From the NCBI GenBank assembly GCA_964605055.1, contig CAZSBU010000001.1, positions 1 through 33,531 of the forward strand: 33,531 nt of DNA, written 5' to 3'. Source of the stretch: an uncultured Caulobacterales bacterium. Lineage in GTDB: Bacteria; Pseudomonadota; Alphaproteobacteria; Caulobacterales; Parvularculaceae. The notes under the pieces are model-generated. The model was given only the letters and a program-made list of their open reading frames with translations, had not been told where the DNA came from and did no database searches. Below, in pieces: positions 28,179 through 33,531 of this stretch. How positions within the stretch are numbered: position 1 is the stretch's first letter; each line of letters starts with the position of its first letter. The position numbers were made by a program, and so were the translations under genes.

Positions 28179-28198
28179 AAAACAGTCATGACTGTTTT
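28179..28198. promoter_or_regulatory. Perfect 20-bp palindromic operator upstream of the Rieske oxygenase operon
   Basis: AAAACAGTCA|TGACTGTTTT, about 70 nt upstream of the ATG at 28268. Confidence 0.65.
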
Positions 28199-28267
28199 CT
28201 TTTACCGAGACCGCCGACATGTTACGCTGTCCGCTGGTAGACGCTCGGGAACTCGCAGGAGCAATCG

Positions 28268-29506
28268 ATGCACGCTTCGACGGCGGAGAAAATCAAGGCT
28301 GGAATGGAATACGAGCGGGCGCGCAATGGACCGCCCGAGGGATTTCCTGCCCTGCCTCCTATCCCTGCAGCTCGGTATGTCGATTCTGAATTCAATGCCC
28401 TCGAGCGCGATCGACTTTGGAAGAGAAGCTGGGTCTACGCCTGCCATATGGACGAACTTCCTGAGGCCGGCAGCTACGTACTCTGGAAACGCCTCGGCTC
28501 GCCAATCCTAATTGTTCGCGGCAAGGACAACACAGTTCGAGCGTTTTATAACACCTGCCGTCATCGCGGCGGACCGCTCGTCAAGGACAACGCGGGCCGC
28601 CGCACCTTGTTCGTATGCGGATATCATGGCTGGAGTTATGATCACGAGGGCAATCTGATCGGCGTACGCGACCCGCGCGATTTTCCCGATTTCGACAAAT
28701 CCTGCCTCGGCCTTATCCCAGTCAGATGCGAGAATTTTGGCAATTGGGTCTTCATTAATTCAGATGCGGACGCCGGACCGCTCCGCGATTACCTGGGCCC
28801 CCTTGTCGAGGAAATGGCTGAATTTCACCCCGTCGCAGCCCGTCTCGCGCACAAGGCGGAATATGAAATCAACTGTAACGTCAAGGTTTTGCTTGATGCA
28901 TTCCTTGAGACCTATCACCTGAAATCCATTCATCAGCAGACGGTCGACCGGTTCCTTGATCACCTTGGAACGACGATCGAACTCTGGCCCAACGGCCATT
29001 CCCGAATGGTGACGCCAAACCGTAGACCAGAATGGAAAGACCCAGGCGTCGCCGGGTTGCCAGAGTGCGCGACGGTCGGTGAAATCGCGCGAGATAATAA
29101 TGTGTCGTTCAACATCTTTCCAAACATCGTCTGTCCACCGTCGCCGACGGGCATGCCGTTTATCGTCTTCTGGCCGAAAACCGTGAATACAATGACGCTT
29201 GAGTGCGTCTGGTTCTCGCCGGATTGGGGCGGCGGTCCGTTGCCGGAGATCTGGCAGAAGCGCATCGCAAACTTTGAACGCATCCTTGAAGAAGATACGC
29301 AGTTCGCGCCGCAGATTCAGGAATCGGTCGAGTCGGACGGATTCAAAGGCATCCCACTGTCCTATCAGGAACGGCGCATATATCACTGGCACGAAGAGCT
29401 CGATCGTCGGATCGGTCCTAACGCGCTGAGCGAAGCGGTGCGCGCCGAACCTGTGCTGGCGCCTTTCGTCGAACAGCCGCGCGCGCCGCGGCAAGCGGCG
29501 GAGTAG
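28268..29506 (+). CDS. Rieske non-heme iron oxygenase alpha subunit
   Basis: NTCRHRG...CGYHGWSY Rieske motif, ETYHLKSIH mononuclear-iron motif and EED near the C-terminus. Confidence 0.93.
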   Translation: MHASTAEKIKAGMEYERARNGPPEGFPALPPIPAARYVDSEFNALERDRLWKRSWVYACHMDELPEAGSYVLWKRLGSPILIVRGKDNTVRAFYNTCRHRGGPLVKDNAGRRTLFVCGYHGWSYDHEGNLIGVRDPRDFPDFDKSCLGLIPVRCENFGNWVFINSDADAGPLRDYLGPLVEEMAEFHPVAARLAHKAEYEINCNVKVLLDAFLETYHLKSIHQQTVDRFLDHLGTTIELWPNGHSRMVTPNRRPEWKDPGVAGLPECATVGEIARDNNVSFNIFPNIVCPPSPTGMPFIVFWPKTVNTMTLECVWFSPDWGGGPLPEIWQKRIANFERILEEDTQFAPQIQESVESDGFKGIPLSYQERRIYHWHEELDRRIGPNALSEAVRAEPVLAPFVEQPRAPRQAAE

Positions 29507-29515
29507 CCGCGCGCG

Positions 29516-30964
29516 ATGGGATCGGTCGGGATATTGAGTTATGGCGCCTACATTCCGCGGCGGCGGATGTCCCGGCCTGCCATTCTCAATGCTGTCGGCT
29601 GGGCGCAGCCCGGTTTGAAGAGCATCGCCAAGGGCGCGCGCGCTTTCGCCGCCTGGGATGAGGATGCGATCACAATGGCGGCCGAAGCGGCGCGAAACGC
29701 GCTCGGGAGTGTGAACATTGTTCCGGACACGCTATGTTTTGCCTCAACGACGGCGCCATTTCTTGATCGCCTGAACGCGGGCGTCGTTGCAGCCGCGCTC
29801 GATCTGCCGTCCGAATGTCACGTCTTTGACATTGCTGGCTCGCAGCGTGCAGCGTCCTCGGCGCTCATCGCTGCACGACCCGGTGGCGCAACATTGATCG
29901 CCAGCGCTGACAAGCGGCCGACGAAAGCAGCAAGCCCGATGGAGATGCTTTCGGGCGATGCAGGCGCGGCGATTCTCGTTGGCGGCGGCGAACCGCTTGC
30001 TGAAATCATCGGCTGCAATTCAATTTATGCGGACCTTGTTGATCATTACCGGTCAGCCGGGACAGGGGCCGATTACGGGCTTGAAGAGCGGTGGTATCGC
30101 GACGAGGGCCTTGTAAAATTTGCACCCCGCGCCGTCGCACCGCTGCTTGATCGCGCTGGCGTCAGCGCCAGCAACATCAGTCGACTGATCGCGCCGGTCG
30201 CCAATTCTGCGCACGCCGCAGCGATCGCTGAGGCGATTGGGGTCGGCGCCGATCGGCTCGCTGACGGGCTCCTCGCGTCTTGCGGCCATTCAGGCGCCGC
30301 CCATCCTTTGCTGGTGCTGATCTGCGCGCTTGATGCGGCTCGCGCCGGAGAATGGATCCTGATGACTGCATTCGGACAGGGTTGCGATGCGATCCTGTTG
30401 CGCACGACTGAAGCAATAGAGGCCGCTCCCTGCCGCGGCAGCGTCGCCGTTCAACTCGCCAACGGGCGCGTAGAAGAAAACTACGTCCGATTTCTCTCGG
30501 CCGCCGGCGGCATCGATATCGACTGGGGTATGCGCGCCGAGCGCGATAATCGTACGGCGCAAACGGTCGCCTTCGACAAGAGCCGAGACATTTACGGTTT
30601 CGTTGGCGGCGTTTGCGGCGCCTGTGCGACGCCGCAATTTCCGAAATCGCGTCGCTGCGTCAATCCAGACTGCAGCGCTCTCGATGCGCAGACGGACTAT
30701 CGCTTCGCGGACAGGCGCGGCGCCGTTAAATCGTTCACCGAAGACTGGATGGCGTTCACGCGCGAACCGCCACTCATATACGGCAATATTTCCTTCGATG
30801 GCGGCGGCAATACCTTTATGGAGATGTGCGACTTCGCGCCTGGTGAAATCGCCATCGGATCACCCGTGCGCATGAATTTCCGCATCAAGGACATCGACAG
30901 CGCAAGAGGATTTCATCGCTACTTCTGGAAGGCTGCGCCGCCGTCTGGAGGGCGCGATGGCTGA
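29516..30964 (+). CDS. HMG-CoA-synthase/FabH-like domain fused to a Zn-ribbon/OB-fold (DUF35) domain
   Basis: N-terminal YGAYIPRRR, DEDAITMAAEA, GDAGAA, FGQG; C-terminal CGAC...PKSRRCVNPDC plus OB-fold. Confidence 0.85.
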   Translation: MGSVGILSYGAYIPRRRMSRPAILNAVGWAQPGLKSIAKGARAFAAWDEDAITMAAEAARNALGSVNIVPDTLCFASTTAPFLDRLNAGVVAAALDLPSECHVFDIAGSQRAASSALIAARPGGATLIASADKRPTKAASPMEMLSGDAGAAILVGGGEPLAEIIGCNSIYADLVDHYRSAGTGADYGLEERWYRDEGLVKFAPRAVAPLLDRAGVSASNISRLIAPVANSAHAAAIAEAIGVGADRLADGLLASCGHSGAAHPLLVLICALDAARAGEWILMTAFGQGCDAILLRTTEAIEAAPCRGSVAVQLANGRVEENYVRFLSAAGGIDIDWGMRAERDNRTAQTVAFDKSRDIYGFVGGVCGACATPQFPKSRRCVNPDCSALDAQTDYRFADRRGAVKSFTEDWMAFTREPPLIYGNISFDGGGNTFMEMCDFAPGEIAIGSPVRMNFRIKDIDSARGFHRYFWKAAPPSGGRDG

Positions 30965-32156
30965 GGGCATTCGCGATAAGGTCGCAATAATCGGGATGGG
31001 CTGCACGCGCTTTGGCGAACGCTGGGACGCGCGTCCTGAGGACCTCATCAATGAGGCGTTCGAGGAAGCGATCGCAGACGCTGGCATTGAAACGCGTCAG
31101 ATTGACGCCGCCTGGTTTGGCGTTTTCTACGACGAGCAGAATGTTGGAAAGTCAGCCTACCCTCTGTCGCAATATCTGCGCCTTCCAAACATTCCTGTAA
31201 CGCGCGTCGAAAATCTATGCGCGACGGGCACCGAGGCGTTGCGCGGCGCAGCTTACGCCGTTGCCGCTGGAGCCGCCGACATTGCCTTGGCGATGGGATG
31301 CGAGAAGTTGAAAGACACCGGATTCAGCGGTCTGCCCGAGCGCACCAAAGGCACGTTCGAAGACCTTTATCAGCCGAACTTCACACCACCCGGCGCATTT
31401 GCGCAACTCGGCGCCGCCTACGCCGCCAAGCATCGAATCGATATGGCGGACCTAAAGAGAGCGATGGCGCATGTCTCCTGGAAAAGTCACGAAAACGGCA
31501 TGCGGAACGAAAAGGCGCATCTTCGCCGCAGACTGACGATAGACCAAATCATTCACGCGCCAATGGTGGCGTATCCGCTAGGCGTCTTCGATTGTTGCGG
31601 CGTTTCGGATGGCGCAGCCTGCGCAATCGTCGCCCGACCCGAGATAGCGCGCAGTCTTGTTGGCGACAATTTCGTTACAATCAAAGCGTTGCAGCTTGCA
31701 CCCTCTAACGGCGTCGAGATGGGTCATCAGTCTTGGGACGGCGCGCACACGCTGACGACCCGAAAGGCTGCGGCGCGCGCCTATTCGGAAGCAGGGATCA
31801 GCGATCCTGTTAAGGACCTCAGTCTTACCGAAGTTCACGATTGCTTTTCGATCACGGAGCTAGTGTTGATGGAGGACCTTGGACTCTCCCGCGAAGGGCG
31901 TGCGCCATCTGACATACTTGATGGCGCCTACGATGCGAGCGGCGCCATCCCATGCCAGATTGACGGTGGCCTCAAATGCTTCGGCCATCCAATCGGCGCA
32001 TCAGGATTACGCATGACATATGAAATTTATCTTCAACTTCTCCACCGGGCCGGAGACCGTCAGTTAAAGGCGCCGAAATTCGGACTTGCTCACAATCTAG
32101 GCGGAATACCCAATCGCAATGTCGCGGCGATTTCGGTCTTCGGTATGAACAATTAG
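30957..32156 (+). CDS. SCP2-type thiolase (acetyl-CoA acetyltransferase family)
   Basis: VENLCATG, DCCGVSDGA, EVHDCF, GHPIGASG and HNLGG motifs; overlaps the upstream gene by 8 nt. Confidence 0.92.
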   Translation: MAEGIRDKVAIIGMGCTRFGERWDARPEDLINEAFEEAIADAGIETRQIDAAWFGVFYDEQNVGKSAYPLSQYLRLPNIPVTRVENLCATGTEALRGAAYAVAAGAADIALAMGCEKLKDTGFSGLPERTKGTFEDLYQPNFTPPGAFAQLGAAYAAKHRIDMADLKRAMAHVSWKSHENGMRNEKAHLRRRLTIDQIIHAPMVAYPLGVFDCCGVSDGAACAIVARPEIARSLVGDNFVTIKALQLAPSNGVEMGHQSWDGAHTLTTRKAAARAYSEAGISDPVKDLSLTEVHDCFSITELVLMEDLGLSREGRAPSDILDGAYDASGAIPCQIDGGLKCFGHPIGASGLRMTYEIYLQLLHRAGDRQLKAPKFGLAHNLGGIPNRNVAAISVFGMNN

Positions 32157-32171
32157 GTAAGACGCGGGACC

Positions 32172-33092
32172 ATGGACAAAAAAACCTCGATCAAGACTCT
32201 GGAAAAGGCGGAGAGCGACGCGGGCGCTGATGCGACGCCGGTCCGTGACTTCTCCGGCATGACGCTCGAGGAGCTTGCAATGGCTCCCACCGTTTACCGC
32301 GAGGGCCTGCTTGACGGGTACACGACAGTTATCTCAGGCGGCGGCAGCGGCATGGGCCGCGCGATGGCGGTGTTGTTCGCGCGTCTTGGCGCGAATGTCG
32401 TTATTTGCGGTCGCAGAGAGGAAAAGCTTGCCGAGGTGCGTGACGGCATAAAAGCGCTGCTGGGGCGCGAAATCTTCTTTAAACCATTGACGATCCGCAA
32501 CGCCGACAGCGTCGAAATCTTCATGCAGGAGACGTTTCAGAAATTCGGACAGATCGACGTTCTGATTAACAGCGCAGGCGGACAATTCTCGCAGGATGCG
32601 ATCGAGTTCTCCCGCAAAGGATGGCTTGCCGTTATTGACACCAATCTAAACGGCACCTGGTGGATGATGCAGGAAGCGGCCCAGCGCTGGCGAGATCGGC
32701 GCGCGCCGGGCAACATCATCAATATCGCTGCAACAGTTGAACGCGGCATGCCTCAATCAGCCCATACCTGCGCCGCGCGGGCTGGCGTCATCTATCTGTC
32801 GAAGACCCTCTCTACGGAATGGGCGCCGCTTAATATCCGCGTCAACTGCATAGCGCCGGGCGCGATCGAAACCGAAGGCGTCGCGCGCTACCCGGCCGAT
32901 GCGCTCAAAACTTTTCCCTTAGCCAATCCGATGAAAAAATTTGGCGACGTCTGGGACATTGCGGAGACCGCCGTCTATCTCGCCGCGCCATCTTCAAAAT
33001 TCGTCACCGGCGAGGTTATCACGGTCGACGGCGGTATGTCGCAATACGGCTGGGTCTGGCCAATTGGAAAACCCGATTATTTCAAGGACTGA
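32172..33092 (+). CDS. SDR family oxidoreductase (enoyl-/dienoyl-CoA reductase-like)
   Basis: SGGGSGMG, INSAGGQF, HTCAARAG (non-canonical YxxxK), IRVNCIAPG and VDGG. Confidence 0.9.
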   Translation: MDKKTSIKTLEKAESDAGADATPVRDFSGMTLEELAMAPTVYREGLLDGYTTVISGGGSGMGRAMAVLFARLGANVVICGRREEKLAEVRDGIKALLGREIFFKPLTIRNADSVEIFMQETFQKFGQIDVLINSAGGQFSQDAIEFSRKGWLAVIDTNLNGTWWMMQEAAQRWRDRRAPGNIINIAATVERGMPQSAHTCAARAGVIYLSKTLSTEWAPLNIRVNCIAPGAIETEGVARYPADALKTFPLANPMKKFGDVWDIAETAVYLAAPSSKFVTGEVITVDGGMSQYGWVWPIGKPDYFKD

Positions 33093-33108
33093 CCGCTGGA
33101 GGCTGACG

Positions 33109-33531
33109 ATGTCCAACACTCCCCTGTCGCGCATTTCCCGGGAAAATCTTGGCCCTGAACTTGGCGCCGTCTGGGACACGTTGAATGGGCTGACTGGCGA
33201 GCCTGCATTTGTTGAAACGTTCGCAAACGCGCCGGAGCTCTTGAACTTTGTTATGGGCGATTTTTATGGGAAAATCTTTTTTTCCGGACGCGTGGATAAC
33301 AGGTTCAAGCAGCTCGCGCGCCTTTATCTGTCGATGACGCATGGCTGCATGACGTGCAACAAGCAAAATGTTCCGGGCAGCCTCGCTGCGGGAGTGACGA
33401 ACGAACAAGTCGCGGCGATTGCCGATTTCGAGAATGGTCCGTTTGACGATGCGGAAAAGGCTGTACTGCGCTACGCGGCGCAGATGACGCTGACCAATCC
33501 TGGGAAAATCTTTTTTTCCGGACGCGTGGAT
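33109..33531 (+). CDS. AhpD/carboxymuconolactone decarboxylase family protein (partial, 3' end off window)
   Basis: Manual translation from ATG 33109 after a GGAGG SD: MSNTPLSRIS...KQLARLYLSMTHGCMTC...GVTNEQV...EKAVLRYAAQMT, with a CxxC motif. Confidence 0.8.
   Translation, partial: MSNTPLSRISRENLGPELGAVWDTLNGLTGEPAFVETFANAPELLNFVMGDFYGKIFFSGRVDNRFKQLARLYLSMTHGCMTCNKQNVPGSLAAGVTNEQVAAIADFENGPFDDAEKAVLRYAAQMTLTNPGKIFFSGRVD
33501..33531 (+). repeat. 31-nt exact duplicate of 33267-33297 at the sequence end
   Basis: tgggaaaatctttttttccggacgcgtggat occurs at both positions. Confidence 0.9.

Noticed and set aside
1-33531. tRNA, rRNA, integrase or reverse transcriptase genes
   Set aside because: None recognised by eye or in the ORF track; a tRNAscan/Infernal run would be needed to exclude them formally.

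Overview
GC-rich alphaproteobacterial chromosomal window (inferred from gene content and the Nuo/HU/PilZ/HDFNNLL-kinase types; exact taxon cannot be determined here). Left half (1-14517, minus strand): the proton-pumping NADH:quinone oxidoreductase (complex I) cluster nuoA-B-C-D-E-F-G-H-I(partial). It is interrupted at four gene junctions by about ten non-nuo genes: two AT-rich paralogous membrane proteins, a GIY-YIG nuclease bracketed by inverted palindromic repeats, a PaaI thioesterase, HU, YciI, GNAT, an XRE/S24-like repressor, a membrane protein and a GIN-domain protein. The most unusual structure is that some insertions carry diverged duplicates of nuo gene ends: a nuoE-5'/nuoD-3' chimeric scar at 11071-11264 and a nuoF-5' copy at 9331-9389. 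These copies differ mostly at synonymous sites and keep start/stop overlaps, so the region looks like a variable cassette slot inside an essential operon. Middle (14624-21363): c-type cytochrome, candidate C-rich-loop sRNA, multi-PAS/GAF hybrid kinase, tandem-PilZ protein with a CtrA-type box, REC-LuxR regulator. Right (22032-33531): a catabolic cluster (cytochrome c-PQQ dehydrogenase, ThuA-like, MaoC, Rieske ferredoxin, acyl-CoA dehydrogenase, CaiB CoA-transferase, Rieske oxygenase alpha, HMG-CoA-synthase-like/OB-fold fusion, SCP2-type thiolase, SDR, AhpD/CMD partial) with a shared palindromic operator. The final 31 nt duplicate an upstream segment, probably an assembly artefact. All calls come from reading motifs by eye; no database search was run.
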